This document shows positions 29,267 through 39,781 of a DNA stretch of 64,000 bases, in pieces. The stretch is taken from positions 119,170 to 183,169 of the forward strand of contig CAZSTB010000001.1 of the NCBI GenBank assembly GCA_964609855.1. The letters run 5' to 3'. The notes under the pieces are model-generated. The model was not told the origin of the DNA. It saw nothing but the letters and a program-made list of their open reading frames with translations, and did not search any database. The stretch's first letter is position 1. Every line of letters begins with the position of its first letter. The translations under genes were made by a program, and so were the position numbers. The DNA comes from an uncultured Bdellovibrionales bacterium (GTDB lineage Bacteria > Patescibacteriota > Minisyncoccia > Moranbacterales > GWC2-37-73).

Positions 29267-29734
29267 ATGGATGAAAAAGAGTACCAACTTGAGATAGTGT
29301 CGCAACTGGAAAAAAATGAAGTTGCGTTGAGTGAGCTTTACGCACTATACCAAAGTAAGTTTCCGACTCGCAGAGAATTCTGGCAAGGCTTAGTTGATGA
29401 TGAGCAAAGTCATGCGCAGTGGATCAGGACGCTTAAGAGAAAAATCGAAGAAGGTGAAGTCAATATTAAAGAGCATCGCTTCAATATAGACATAATTAAT
29501 GATTTCAATAAGGAGGTTAAACAAAAGGAGCTTGAAATCAATCAAAATAATATTCCCTTGATTGAGGCGCTTGCAAACGCAGTAAAATTTGAACAAACCC
29601 TGATTGAAAGACGATTTTTTGAAGTATTTAAAGATGATTCACCTGAATTGGAAATGCTTTTGCTGGCACTGGAATATTCCACAAAAAATCATTTTGCAGC
29701 AATTCAAAAAGCCTATAATGCGGAAAATATCTAA
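29267..29734 (+). CDS. Ferritin-like/rubrerythrin-related protein
   Basis: E..LSELY, FWQGLVDDEQSHAQW (ExxH), EAL..A..FE. Confidence 0.7.
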   Translation: MDEKEYQLEIVSQLEKNEVALSELYALYQSKFPTRREFWQGLVDDEQSHAQWIRTLKRKIEEGEVNIKEHRFNIDIINDFNKEVKQKELEINQNNIPLIEALANAVKFEQTLIERRFFEVFKDDSPELEMLLLALEYSTKNHFAAIQKAYNAENI

Positions 29735-29753
29735 GTACTTTTTTGAAAAAAAT

Positions 29754-30101
29754 ATGCGAACAATTACACATTGGCTTTTATCAGCAATTGCGATAATGAT
29801 TACGGCTTATTTTTTGCCGGGAATTATTGTTGAGGGATTTCTCACTGCGCTTGTTGTGGCGGTGGTTTTGGGATTCTTTAATGTGATCATCAAGCCCATT
29901 TTGATAGTGCTGACTTTGCCGATAAATATTCTTACGCTAGGTTTATTTACATTTGTAATTAACGCTGGACTGGTCAAGCTCACCAGCAATCTTGTGGATG
30001 GATTCGCTGTGACATCATTTTGGTGGGCGCTGCTTTTCAGTTTGATACTTTCTTTAGTGAGTGGAATCTTGAACCGCTTTGAGCCAAGTGGAAAAAACTA
30101 A
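29754..30101 (+). CDS. Phage-holin-like membrane protein (YvlD/DUF360)
   Basis: LGFFNVIIKPIL.VLTLPINILTLGLFTFVINA; start MRTITHW. Confidence 0.9.
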   Translation: MRTITHWLLSAIAIMITAYFLPGIIVEGFLTALVVAVVLGFFNVIIKPILIVLTLPINILTLGLFTFVINAGLVKLTSNLVDGFAVTSFWWALLFSLILSLVSGILNRFEPSGKN

Positions 30102-30118
30102 ATTCCAAAAAATCAAAA

Positions 30119-30151
30119 GGGCGCCGAATGTTTCGGTGCCCCATTTTTTTT
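30119..30151. terminator. Terminator between convergent genes
   Basis: GGGCGCCGAA-TGT-TTCGGTGCCC plus U-run. Confidence 0.75.
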
Positions 30152-30604
30152 TCACTCTTTGAAATTGAGCGTTTTGTAGACATGTTTCAGAAGCTTCTCT
30201 CTCCAGTTGATCTGGCAAGGATTGGAAAAAAGCAGTTCAAGCGCGGTTTCCATCATGGAAAAGTAGTGAAAATAATCCTCATGCGCGGCGGTTTCTTTGC
30301 TGTGAATTATCGCGTAGCGAATTACGATGTGTGCCTGACGCTCTCTTTCACATACATTTTTGTGAGAAATTTTTTCAGTCTGAATGTGACCAATTTTTTC
30401 AAAGCAATCAGCTGAAACATATTCAATGGCTTGACGAACGCCGTCGATGGCGACATTGTCATTTTCTAAAATCGATTCTGCAAGATACTTTGCGATTCTG
30501 AGTATTATCAATGAGCGCATTTTTGAGGTCAGCGGCTTTTTCATGCTTAAAAAATGTGACTGTATCTCGCTGATAAGTCTTATTGCTAGCTTGTCCTTTT
30601 GCAT
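30152..30604 (-). CDS. Hypothetical protein (ORFan) with strong SD
   Basis: AAAAAGGAGGGAACC-ATG; 150-aa ORF. Confidence 0.7.
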   Translation of the reverse strand: MQKDKLAIRLISEIQSHFLSMKKPLTSKMRSLIILRIAKYLAESILENDNVAIDGVRQAIEYVSADCFEKIGHIQTEKISHKNVCERERQAHIVIRYAIIHSKETAAHEDYFHYFSMMETALELLFSNPCQINWREKLLKHVYKTLNFKE

Positions 30605-30641
30605 GGTTCCCTCCTTTTTAAAGTGCGATAGATTTTTTAAC

Positions 30642-31604
30642 CTATTTTTCCTTATCTAACTCGTTTAAAATATTTTTAACTTTCTGGAGTTCATCCCAGT
30701 TGTGGATGGAAATCGGAATTGCTTTCTTGTTGATTTTTTTAGCTTCTTTTAATTTTTCTTTTAAAATTTCCGGGGTAACGGTGTCTGAACGTGAGACTAG
30801 AATATATTCCGGTTTTTCTAACAATGTTGGATTGAAAGCGCCAAGCTCAGCGCGAATAGTTTTGTAATCAGCGGTAATGTCTTCACTGTCAGCGGCCAAG
30901 AAATGAAAAATAATCTTTGTTCGCTCGACGTGTTTCAAGAATTTGATTCCCAAGCCTTTGCCGTCGGACGCACCTTCAATCAATCCAGGAATGTCAGCTA
31001 GGATAAGACTGTAATAAACGCCGAGATTAGGTTCAAGGGTGGTAAATTGATAGTTGGCAACTTTTACGTTGGCGTTGGTAAGTTCATTTAGCAGCGAAGA
31101 TTTACCAAGATTTGGAAGTCCGACAAAGCCGATATCCGCTATCATTTTCAGTTCAAGTCGAAGTTCAAATGCCTGTCCCGGTTTACCTTCCTCGAATTCT
31201 TTCGGAGTTGTATTTTTCGAACCACGGAACTGAAAGTTTCCGCGACCTCCGCGTCCTCCTTTGGCAATCAAAATTTCCTCTCCAACTTTGGTGATTTCTT
31301 GAGATTCTCCAGTAGTAAGATTGTTGATCACTGTCCCAACGGGAATTTTGATGATTTCATCTTTTGCATCAGGACCATCACAAAATTGGCCTTTGCCCTC
31401 GCGCCCGTTTTCAGCATTAACTTGTTTTCTGAAACGAAATTGATTGAGGGCATTAAGATCGGAGACGCCTTTAAAGATAACGCTTCCTCCTCGTCCGCCA
31501 CTTCCGCCAGCTGGTCCAAGACTCATCAGGTTCTTGTTGAAAGCCACGCAGCCCTTGCCTCCGTTTCCAGCTGAAACTTCAATTTTAATATCATCTATGA
31601 GCAT
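30642..31604 (-). CDS. obgE: GTPase ObgE/CgtA
   Basis: Gly-rich Obg fold, GLPNLGKSS, YQFTTLEPNLG, DIPGLIEGAS; start MLIDD. Confidence 0.96.
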   Translation of the reverse strand: MLIDDIKIEVSAGNGGKGCVAFNKNLMSLGPAGGSGGRGGSVIFKGVSDLNALNQFRFRKQVNAENGREGKGQFCDGPDAKDEIIKIPVGTVINNLTTGESQEITKVGEEILIAKGGRGGRGNFQFRGSKNTTPKEFEEGKPGQAFELRLELKMIADIGFVGLPNLGKSSLLNELTNANVKVANYQFTTLEPNLGVYYSLILADIPGLIEGASDGKGLGIKFLKHVERTKIIFHFLAADSEDITADYKTIRAELGAFNPTLLEKPEYILVSRSDTVTPEILKEKLKEAKKINKKAIPISIHNWDELQKVKNILNELDKEK

Positions 31605-31791
31605 AAATTTGTATATCGTATTTAGTATATTGTATCTTGTATGGAACACGCATATATTTCCAATAACGCAGTATAGCCTAATATGTAAAAAATATCAAGC
31701 CTACGAGTATATGTCACTTAATTGATTAAATATACATTAAATATACATTAATCTCTTGCTATTTCTAATATAATGTGTCATTATGTAATTT

Positions 31792-33063
31792 ATGAAAAAA
31801 TTAATCGAAGAACAATTTGACGTGGTAGTGATTGGGGCTGGGCCAGCTGGAATGATGGCTGCCTTTAGAGCTGCACAAAAAGGAGCGCGCGTTGCCTTGG
31901 TTGATAAGAAAGAAGAGCCTGGAAAAAAGCTTTTAATGGCAGGTGGGGGGCGCTGCAATCTAACGCAGGATGAAAATGATTTAATGGAACTGGCTTTAAA
32001 ATATGGCAAGCATGGAAGATTTTTGCTTAGCTCTTTTAAGGCATTCAGGCCTAGTGCAGTGCGGGAATTTTTTGCAGGTCGCGGAGTGCCAACAAAGGTT
32101 GAAAAAAATGGACGCGTGTTTCCTGAAAGTGATAAAGCTGAAGATGTGCTGAGAGCTTTAATCCAAGGAATGAAAGAAAACGGCATCACTTTTTTATACA
32201 AAGCACATGTTACAGATTTGGTCGTTGAGGAGGGAAAAATTGTTAAAATAGTCCTCAAGAAACGCGAACTTTTTCCACGAAATGTGATTATCGCCACTGG
32301 CGGGAAATCTTATCCAGCCACCGGTTCAACGGGGGAAGGATATGATTGGGCTAAGGAGTTGGGTCATAACATTATTAATACCCAGCCAGCACTCGTGCCA
32401 ATCCAAGTTAGGGAAGATTGGGTAGGGGAGCTTCAAGGCGTAAGCGTAGGAAGCGCTAAACTTTCTGTTTTTCAAAATAACAAAAAACAATTTTCAGATA
32501 GCGGAGATTTGATGTTCGCGCATTTTGGACTAAGCGGTCCTTTGGCCTTGAATATGAGCAGGCAAATAAGCAAGATTGCGGAAGACAGCGACATTAAATT
32601 GTTGCTTGATCTTAAGCCATACCTGACACCTGAGCAGCTTGACGAAATTGTGCGTGCAGACTTTGAACGCAATGCTGATAAGAAGCTGGCAAATTGCTTG
32701 GCTGATGTCTTTTCGCCAAAACTTTTAGATTTTCTCTTGCGCTATTCCGGTCTTGATTTAGAAAAGCATGCCGCTAAAATTAGTCGCAAAGAAAGACATA
32801 TCCTTGTAAACTTATTCAAAAATTTGGAAATGAATTTTGAAAGTCTGTTTGGCTTTGAGCGCGCGATGGTTACGAGCGGCGGAGTTGATATCAAAGAGAT
32901 TGAATCAAAAACTATGCGTTCAAAAATCGTAAATAATCTTTTTTTTGCCGGGGAAATCATCGATGTTGATGGCCCGACTGGCGGATTTAATCTCCAGCTT
33001 TGTTGGAGCACTGGATTTTTAGCTGGAGATAATGCAGCTAAGAATTCGAAATTTAGAATTTGA
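31792..33063 (+). CDS. HI0933/BaiN family flavoprotein
   Basis: GAGPAGMMAA, GKKLLMAGGGRCNLT, ATGGKSYPATGSTG, GPTGGFNLQ. Confidence 0.93.
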   Translation: MKKLIEEQFDVVVIGAGPAGMMAAFRAAQKGARVALVDKKEEPGKKLLMAGGGRCNLTQDENDLMELALKYGKHGRFLLSSFKAFRPSAVREFFAGRGVPTKVEKNGRVFPESDKAEDVLRALIQGMKENGITFLYKAHVTDLVVEEGKIVKIVLKKRELFPRNVIIATGGKSYPATGSTGEGYDWAKELGHNIINTQPALVPIQVREDWVGELQGVSVGSAKLSVFQNNKKQFSDSGDLMFAHFGLSGPLALNMSRQISKIAEDSDIKLLLDLKPYLTPEQLDEIVRADFERNADKKLANCLADVFSPKLLDFLLRYSGLDLEKHAAKISRKERHILVNLFKNLEMNFESLFGFERAMVTSGGVDIKEIESKTMRSKIVNNLFFAGEIIDVDGPTGGFNLQLCWSTGFLAGDNAAKNSKFRI

Positions 33064-33248
33064 AATAAGATTTAAATTCCAAGATATTTAAAGTCTTGAA
33101 GAATTTAAGCATTGAAATTGAAAAATAAAACATAAAGAAAGAATGTTCCGCAATACGCGGTTTTTTGGTTTGTGCTTCAATATTATTGTGCTATATTAAA
33201 GTTGATGAAATTAAATCAATAAGGATAAAATATTTTGCGTAAAGATTT

Positions 33249-34031
33249 ATGAAAAATACTGTTTGGTTGAAAATTTTCATGTTTATGTTCTTGATAATAC
33301 CATTTTTATCTCATGCTGGAAGTTGTAAGAAACCAAGTAGATCTTCTGATTGGGGAGCCTGTTCTGATAACTTCAAAAAAGCCGAAGATTTTTGTGATTC
33401 CAAAAATGCGCAATATAATCTCAGTGAATGTGACAAATGCTGTGGATACTTTGAAAATGTTTCTTGTGGAAAACCAAGTGAGTGTAAGATTTTAAAAAAT
33501 CCTCCAAAAACAACAGTTTCCATTCCGATTGTCAATGAGTCCAACGCAGTTGAAAATACATCTTCTGGCGAAGTAAGGCAAGAAATTCAATTAGAAAAGC
33601 AAAAAATTGAAGAAGATCAAAGGAGACAGGAGGAGTTGAAAAAAATTGAAGAAGAAAAACGATTGCAAGGGGAAAAAAATATCGCGGCTAAGCAAAAAAT
33701 TGAAAATATAAAAGTTGAGATAGATAATTTGATTAAGGAGCAAGATAGTACGATATTATTCGTGGAAAGCAGATCTGAAATAAAAAGATTTTTTCTTGGC
33801 GAGGATTATAAAAATATTGGTCAATTGAGAAGTGCATTGGTTAAAAATGACGCGCAAATAAGAAAACTCCAGCTATTATTACAGGAATCGCAATTTGAAG
33901 AAATAACAGTTGTTGTTCAGCAAGAATTGGAACAACTTTTGAATCAACAGTCAAAAATGAGTGAAACAATCGAGAGAAATAAAAGCACTTTTAGTTTGCT
34001 TGGTTGGTTTGTGAAAATATTAAGCAATTAG
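33249..34031 (+). CDS. Secreted protein with Cys-rich N-domain and coiled coil
   Basis: Signal peptide; 8 Cys in ~55 aa; long coiled coil. Confidence 0.65.
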   Translation: MKNTVWLKIFMFMFLIIPFLSHAGSCKKPSRSSDWGACSDNFKKAEDFCDSKNAQYNLSECDKCCGYFENVSCGKPSECKILKNPPKTTVSIPIVNESNAVENTSSGEVRQEIQLEKQKIEEDQRRQEELKKIEEEKRLQGEKNIAAKQKIENIKVEIDNLIKEQDSTILFVESRSEIKRFFLGEDYKNIGQLRSALVKNDAQIRKLQLLLQESQFEEITVVVQQELEQLLNQQSKMSETIERNKSTFSLLGWFVKILSN

Positions 34032-34081
34032 TTTTGTGCCTGATAAATTGAATGAAGTAATTAACAGGTGCTGATGGGTTT

Positions 34082-34852
34082 ATGCTCATAAGGATTGTAA
34101 ATAAAAAAATTTTTTCTATTTTTATAATAACTACACTCATAATAGTGGGTTGTATTATCTTTGGCTTGTATTCTTTATTTTTAAATTTTCAAAATGATTC
34201 AAAATTAAATATTCAAAATTCTTTTTCTGCAACCGAAACTAATTCTTCTCAAAATAATCAAGAAAGTGTGAAACAAGGAGACTTACTGCAAGAACCTGCT
34301 AAAGGTCAGTCTGAAAGTGTAACTGAGGATTTGACGGAAAAGGACGAAACCGTTATTGAGGTAATTGAATATGTTAACCAAAAATATGGATATGCGGTGT
34401 ATTTTCCTAGAAAATGGCACATTAATACTGATTCTTCCGAGAATCCTTTTCGAGAAATTGATCTGAATGAGAAGGAAAAATTCATGGTGAGTGGCCAAAC
34501 TTTCTGGTCAAATTACCAAGATATAAATAAATTTACACCGTCGGACAAACCTGATGATTTTCGCCTGCTTAGTCTTGCTGTTTATAAAAAAGATTCTTTG
34601 AAAGCTATTGAGGAATTCGCATCAGCGGCTGGATTTTATATCGAAGGCGATACGCAAAAAATACCTTTTTCAGCAAAGGATGCATCGGGGATTGAATTTT
34701 TGACACCTGGAATGTCAAAGGAAAATCCAAAAATACATATCATTTTTCAAAGGGAGGATATTTTCTATGTATTCACGCTAGCATTTACAAATTCCGATCC
34801 CGAAGTGATATCTGATATGGAAAGGATAGCAAAAGGATTAAAATTGATGTGA
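34082..34852 (+). CDS. Membrane-anchored protein, PsbP-like domain
   Basis: TM, linker, YVNQKYGYAVYFPRKW signature. Confidence 0.6.
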   Translation: MLIRIVNKKIFSIFIITTLIIVGCIIFGLYSLFLNFQNDSKLNIQNSFSATETNSSQNNQESVKQGDLLQEPAKGQSESVTEDLTEKDETVIEVIEYVNQKYGYAVYFPRKWHINTDSSENPFREIDLNEKEKFMVSGQTFWSNYQDINKFTPSDKPDDFRLLSLAVYKKDSLKAIEEFASAAGFYIEGDTQKIPFSAKDASGIEFLTPGMSKENPKIHIIFQREDIFYVFTLAFTNSDPEVISDMERIAKGLKLM

Positions 34853-34930
34853 TCGTATCAATATTAATTTCTTGTATTTTTTGATTAAAGTATTATAATT
34901 GAATCAATAATAAATTTAATAAAATAAAAA

Positions 34931-35509
34931 ATGAAAACAACAAAGAAATTGCTTGTTGTCGTATCAGTCTTGACTGTTTTAGTAGGCATTTCTGGAACGG
35001 CTTCTGCAAAAAGTTCTTGGGAAGACTTCTTTACGAGGGATGAGGCGAAAACCATTAAAAATATGGTTAAGGAGAGTATTATTCATGAATTTGAAAATCC
35101 TGATGGTGATTGGAAGAAGTTGATATCATCTAAAATGATTAAGAATGGTGCAATTGACGCAGAAAAAGTTGGGGATGAAATTGTAAAACAAAAAATATTT
35201 TCAGCTACTGCACCAAATAGCGCTGCTGGTGCAGATTTCTCTGTTTGTGATTCTGTGGACACGGATGAATGTTCATATTATGATGATGTAACAATTCCTG
35301 AAATAGATGTATCTAAAGCAGTTGATGCTTATGTTATATATGAAGTTGATGACGCAAATTGGAAATCGGATACTGGATTTGGTGTTACGTATCAATTTAT
35401 GAATAATATAAAGATTCGCAGCGGTCATGTCTATGTTCCTTATGGACATGGAGATAACGGTGTTTATGATGGAACTTTTACAGACTATAGGGTTATCGTG
35501 AACTACTAA
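34931..35509 (+). CDS. Secreted hypothetical protein
   Basis: Signal peptide ending ASA; terminator at ~35525-35555. Confidence 0.65.
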   Translation: MKTTKKLLVVVSVLTVLVGISGTASAKSSWEDFFTRDEAKTIKNMVKESIIHEFENPDGDWKKLISSKMIKNGAIDAEKVGDEIVKQKIFSATAPNSAAGADFSVCDSVDTDECSYYDDVTIPEIDVSKAVDAYVIYEVDDANWKSDTGFGVTYQFMNNIKIRSGHVYVPYGHGDNGVYDGTFTDYRVIVNY

Positions 35510-35747
35510 TACAGAAAATCATTCAAAAAGAAGCCTAAAATAAAGGCTTCTTTTTGTTTTGATTGAAATTTTTGTTTTTAACCCAAAAGTTTCAATACAT
35601 TGCGTTCATAGCAGTTCTGGTTGACTATTTGGTGAAAATACTATATGCTAGAATCAATTGTAAGTGTCTTACTGGTTTTGCCTTTTTGTGGCTAAAATTA
35701 AGAGAGGAGGTCGCCTTACAAAGTAATAAGTTCACAAATGCAAAACT

Positions 35748-36068
35748 ATGGCAACAAAACTCTATGTAGGTGGTCTTCCTTATTCAACTTCGGAAGATGC
35801 AATGCGAGATCTTTTTGCTCAAGCAGGAAGCGTTACCTCAGCAACGATCATCATGGATAAAATGACTGGTCGCAGCAAAGGTTTCGGATTCGTTGAAATG
35901 TCTTCTGACGAAGAAGCACAAGCAGCAATCGAAATGTTTGACAAAAAAGAGTACGAAGGACGTACTTTGACTGTAAATGAAGCTCGTCCAATGGAAGCTC
36001 GTCCTCCAAGACGTGATTTCAATGGTGGTGGTAACCGCGGTGGTTACGGAAGCCGAAACAACTACTAG
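35748..36068 (+). CDS. RRM RNA-binding protein
   Basis: KLYVGGL (RNP2), RSKGFGFVEM (RNP1), LTVNEARP, Gly/Arg-rich tail. Confidence 0.95.
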   Translation: MATKLYVGGLPYSTSEDAMRDLFAQAGSVTSATIIMDKMTGRSKGFGFVEMSSDEEAQAAIEMFDKKEYEGRTLTVNEARPMEARPPRRDFNGGGNRGGYGSRNNY

Positions 36069-36088
36069 TTAATAGTCGTTGAGTCAAC

Positions 36089-36118
36089 AAAAAAAGAGGC
36101 AGTGATGCCTCTTTTTTT
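36089..36118 (+). terminator. Intrinsic terminator
   Basis: AAAAAAAGAGGCA-GTGA-TGCCTCTTTTTTT. Confidence 0.88.
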
Positions 36119-36368
36119 GTTGTGTAATTTTTTTATTCCCGTAGAAGTGGAAATCCATTTACTGTATTTTGAATCATATTTGTATGCTTGTTATAAGGTC
36201 TGATTGGGATATCTTTCTTTCGGACAAGATAACGATAATGCGGGCTTAACCTTGCTTGGGTGTTTTATGCTGCTGAATATTGAAATTGCAAATACAAATA
36301 GACCCACATCCAGCAGGGTGCTATAATGACAACATGAAATGATGTTAATGATTTATTTTTGCTGGTTT

Positions 36369-36536
36369 ATGTCTGAGAATGAAACAACTGAAAAATATAA
36401 AAAAGCCTGGGAAAAATTTCAGGAAAAGATGGCCTCATTGAAAAAGAGACGCCATGAAATTTTGGCGCGCATTTCTGAGAAGTTGGATAGGCAACATATC
36501 GAAAAACTAAGAAAAAAATTAGAAGATCATGTATAA
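36369..36536 (+). CDS. Small basic helical protein
   Basis: MSENETTEKYKKAWEKF...; overlaps the start of the next gene. Confidence 0.65.
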   Translation: MSENETTEKYKKAWEKFQEKMASLKKRRHEILARISEKLDRQHIEKLRKKLEDHV

Positions 36537-38451
36537 AGAACCATCATCAATTGAAACTACAGAAAGACAAGAGGCTCATGAAAAGCATGAAGCTCCGCGA
36601 AGCGTTGAAAAATCTGCTGCGGAAATTGGTGAGCAAATGATAGAGCAAGCAGGAAAAGAAGTTGCTGATTTTCAACAAGAAGGAATTGCTGAACTTGCTC
36701 TAGTCGAGGCACGGGCTGAGAAAGAGGGGCTTTCTATTGATGGCGCAGACAAAGAAGAATTGCAAGGACTAGGCAAAGAAGTAATTATTGCAAAAGAAGA
36801 ATTGGTTGCTGAAATTATGCCTCCATTAATTCCTAATATACCGCCTCCATTACCACAAGAATATCTGCAGAGGTTTTTAGTAACTCCACCTCCATTACCT
36901 AATACGCCCCCGCCACTTCCAGCGGAATATTTAAGCACTATACTGCCGTATTTACCAAGTACGCCTCCGCCTTTGCCTGAGGAGTATTTGCGTAGCACCC
37001 CACCTCCATTGCCAAATATGCCACCACCCTTGCCAGAAATGTCAACAAAAATTCAACAAGAAGAAGAAAAAAGCTCCACCATGAAAGAACGAGTCATTGA
37101 AAATCCTGAATTGTTGAGCGAAAAAGAAGCTTCAAAAAAATTACTTTCAGAAGAACGTATAAAACTTGCACAAGAAATTCGCGAACAAAGAAACGCTCAA
37201 GGCAGCAGGCTTTCTAGAATGAAAAATGTTCTTGAAACTGGACAAGAAAAATTAGAAGGAGAACAAGGCGACAAACAATTTGGAAGACTTTCGCAGTTGC
37301 AAAGCGCTGAAGCTAATTTGATGGCGGAAAGAATTTCTTCTGAAGAATTGAGCGAGCAAGATGCTGGTACAGAGAAAGAAAACATGAATCAGCTTATTGA
37401 AAATAGTGAAAAATTAAAATCAGTAAAGGAAAAAATAAAAGAGCATTACGAAAAGGCTGGTGAGATTTCAAGAGAAAGATTTGAAACCATTCAAAAAAGT
37501 GTAGAACAAACGGCTTTGAGAAATGGAGTATTTTTTGTGCATACAATACAGGAAAGTTCTCTTAAAAGACATAATGAACTCTCGAATGTTGCAAGTGAGG
37601 CAACATATGAAGATGATACCGACATTCTTCTTTCGCTGGAGCCAACGATATCTGCATCATCAATTTTTTCAGGAAAGTCAGAAGAAGGAAAAGTAAGTGG
37701 ATTATGGAGTGATACAGGCGGATTTATATTGGGTGGCGGCGATATTCAATATGCGGACAGAAATGATGCTGATTCTGTAAGTGAAGGAATAAAAAAACGA
37801 ACGATAGTTGGTGGTCCCAATAAGCAATCGATTGAAGATATTGATAAAGTAGTTTCAAAACGTGGAGAAATGGAATCCATGATTAAGGAGCGTGATGGTG
37901 TGAAAATGCAAGAGCAGGGTTCTGTTTATAATGAATTTATAATAAATAATCCTAAGGTTTTTGGATATTATCAGCCAGTTGGAATTGAGGAAGACGAGCT
38001 TTTTGCAGACGGTAAGTATTATGCTGGGGATATAAGTACCAAAACTGACTACGAAGAATTGACTTATATAAAAAGCAGACTTGAAAAATTTAAAACAAGA
38101 CCCGATCTTGTTTCTTCATTCACCATGGAAACTCCAGAACTGTATCAAGAAAAATTATCAGCGTTTCAAGCAAAGATAGCTCGTTTTAAAGAAAGATTTG
38201 AAAAAATGGCTGCGCGAGGTAATTCTCTGTATATAATGACACCAGACAAGAGCATGCATGAATATAATGGAGTAAATGAGGATGGTTCTGTAAACATGGG
38301 AAAACAATTGACACCAGAGGAAGTTGCTACTGGGCGCGCAGGTTTGTCAACTGAAAAGCGTAAAGAGCTTGGCGAAAAAGTTCTTGAGAAAAAAGTGTTT
38401 AAGAAGCAAGAAACCGCTGAAGAAGCAAGACAAATTATAAATAATTTATAA
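36529..38451 (+). CDS. Hypothetical protein with PPPLP repeats and coiled coils
   Basis: 640 aa; Pro-rich repeats at ~36820-37035. Confidence 0.8.
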   Translation: MYKEPSSIETTERQEAHEKHEAPRSVEKSAAEIGEQMIEQAGKEVADFQQEGIAELALVEARAEKEGLSIDGADKEELQGLGKEVIIAKEELVAEIMPPLIPNIPPPLPQEYLQRFLVTPPPLPNTPPPLPAEYLSTILPYLPSTPPPLPEEYLRSTPPPLPNMPPPLPEMSTKIQQEEEKSSTMKERVIENPELLSEKEASKKLLSEERIKLAQEIREQRNAQGSRLSRMKNVLETGQEKLEGEQGDKQFGRLSQLQSAEANLMAERISSEELSEQDAGTEKENMNQLIENSEKLKSVKEKIKEHYEKAGEISRERFETIQKSVEQTALRNGVFFVHTIQESSLKRHNELSNVASEATYEDDTDILLSLEPTISASSIFSGKSEEGKVSGLWSDTGGFILGGGDIQYADRNDADSVSEGIKKRTIVGGPNKQSIEDIDKVVSKRGEMESMIKERDGVKMQEQGSVYNEFIINNPKVFGYYQPVGIEEDELFADGKYYAGDISTKTDYEELTYIKSRLEKFKTRPDLVSSFTMETPELYQEKLSAFQAKIARFKERFEKMAARGNSLYIMTPDKSMHEYNGVNEDGSVNMGKQLTPEEVATGRAGLSTEKRKELGEKVLEKKVFKKQETAEEARQIINNL

Positions 38452-38904
38452 TCAAATTTTTGAAGATAGCTAATAGCATTATTCTTGCAGTGTTCTTCCC
38501 GGTTATGTTTTCATGCTTCTGTTTTATTTTCCCCTCACCACAAAGTTAACAATGATTAATCTATTGGAAACAAGAGGTTTGCTGATTATGCTCGGTGGTT
38601 TTCTATGGGCAGTTGTATTTGGATTGCTATCATTCAAAAAAGAATATTTTTTAGCGATCAGCTTCATAGGATGGGGAATATCTTTTGTCGGCAATGATAT
38701 TGACAGTCGACAAACAGTCGATGTCAATGAGAATCTTTGTAGCGAGCCAAGAAATGACTTGGGGCACGGAAAATAGTGAGGGCACAATTACATGCAAGAC
38801 TGGCGCCAATGCGGGAGTTTATCCCAGTATTTGTAATTAAATACTTATAGCTGTGAAGCAGAATTAATTGGTTAATGAATAGAATTAAAAATAAAAACAG
38901 GCAT

Positions 38905-39002
38905 TGGACAAGAGTCAAAAAACATGCTACAATTAATGTATGCTTGATATGCGGGATTTTTCCCGGAAAAATAAGTAAAGACGGGTGAAGCCCGTCTTTT
39001 TT
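38905..39002 (+). promoter_or_regulatory. Promoter followed by terminator-like hairpin (leader or sRNA, copy 2)
   Basis: TGGACA-17-TACAAT; AAAGACGGG-TGAAG-CCCGTCTTTTTT. Confidence 0.65.
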
Positions 39003-39044
39003 GTGGTAAATATTTAAATTTGGTAGTTTAAAAGGCTTAAATTT

Positions 39045-39602
39045 ATGGAAGAAATCTATAAAACTAAAAAAATATTAAGTGCGGTTGCCAAAAACACCAG
39101 TCTGGGGCGCTTTTTAGGCACTGAAAAAAGCAAGAATGCAGTTTTAGGGGTAATGAATAAGCAGCATATAACAGTGGACCCTGGCAAACTTTCAGGTAGC
39201 AAGAAAGCTGCTTTTTTGAGAGCGGTATCGGATACGCACGTGTTTGGCGCTACCGCTAAGAAAGCTTTCGGCAGCGTTTACGGAAAAAATAAGGAGCAGG
39301 CTGAAAAGCAGCCTGCGGCAGCGGGAAATTCCAGGCAGGAAATTTATGATAAAATTATGAGTAAGAAAAATGGCTTTATGGAAAGAAAAGCTCTTGCTGA
39401 AAATAAAACTTCCAGTGGACCGGCTCGCGAAAAATCAAAAGTTTTGGATTTCCGAGTTAGTGGAATGAATATCAGAGAAGCTGACGGATTACTTGCGAAA
39501 GCGCAGGATAATCGGCATCCAATATATGACACCGGACATGGCATGGGAGCAGGAAATGAAAAAGAGGATAGGATTGCTCGTCTGAAAAATATTCAGTCCT
39601 GA
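39045..39602 (+). CDS. Hypothetical basic protein
   Basis: 185-aa Lys-rich ORF with AT-rich leader. Confidence 0.65.
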   Translation: MEEIYKTKKILSAVAKNTSLGRFLGTEKSKNAVLGVMNKQHITVDPGKLSGSKKAAFLRAVSDTHVFGATAKKAFGSVYGKNKEQAEKQPAAAGNSRQEIYDKIMSKKNGFMERKALAENKTSSGPAREKSKVLDFRVSGMNIREADGLLAKAQDNRHPIYDTGHGMGAGNEKEDRIARLKNIQS

Positions 39603-39754
39603 GAATAAAAGGGGCCATACCTTTTTGATGTCATTACTCGCTCGGAAATGGAAACATGCCTTACATATTTCTGCGTTCACTCGGAAAAGAAAAAAAGTAT
39701 AGTTTCTGTTTGAAAATTAATTTCCATTTCGCTCACTTCGCTCGACAATAAAAA
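39601..39754 (-). repeat. Dispersed structured element, copy B
   Basis: Reverse complement matches 4929-5085 in three blocks. Confidence 0.8.
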
Positions 39755-39781
39755 TAGGAACCCGCGCTTTGCATCGGATTC

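Noticed and set aside
29754-30101. Prophage suggested by holin-like genes (also 40963)
   Set aside because: YvlD/YqjE-type proteins are common chromosomal genes; no phage structural or integrase genes present
38513-38787. Overlapping 87-aa ORFs on opposite strands
   Set aside because: No recognisable motifs; the plus-strand one may be a decayed membrane-protein fragment but cannot be supported
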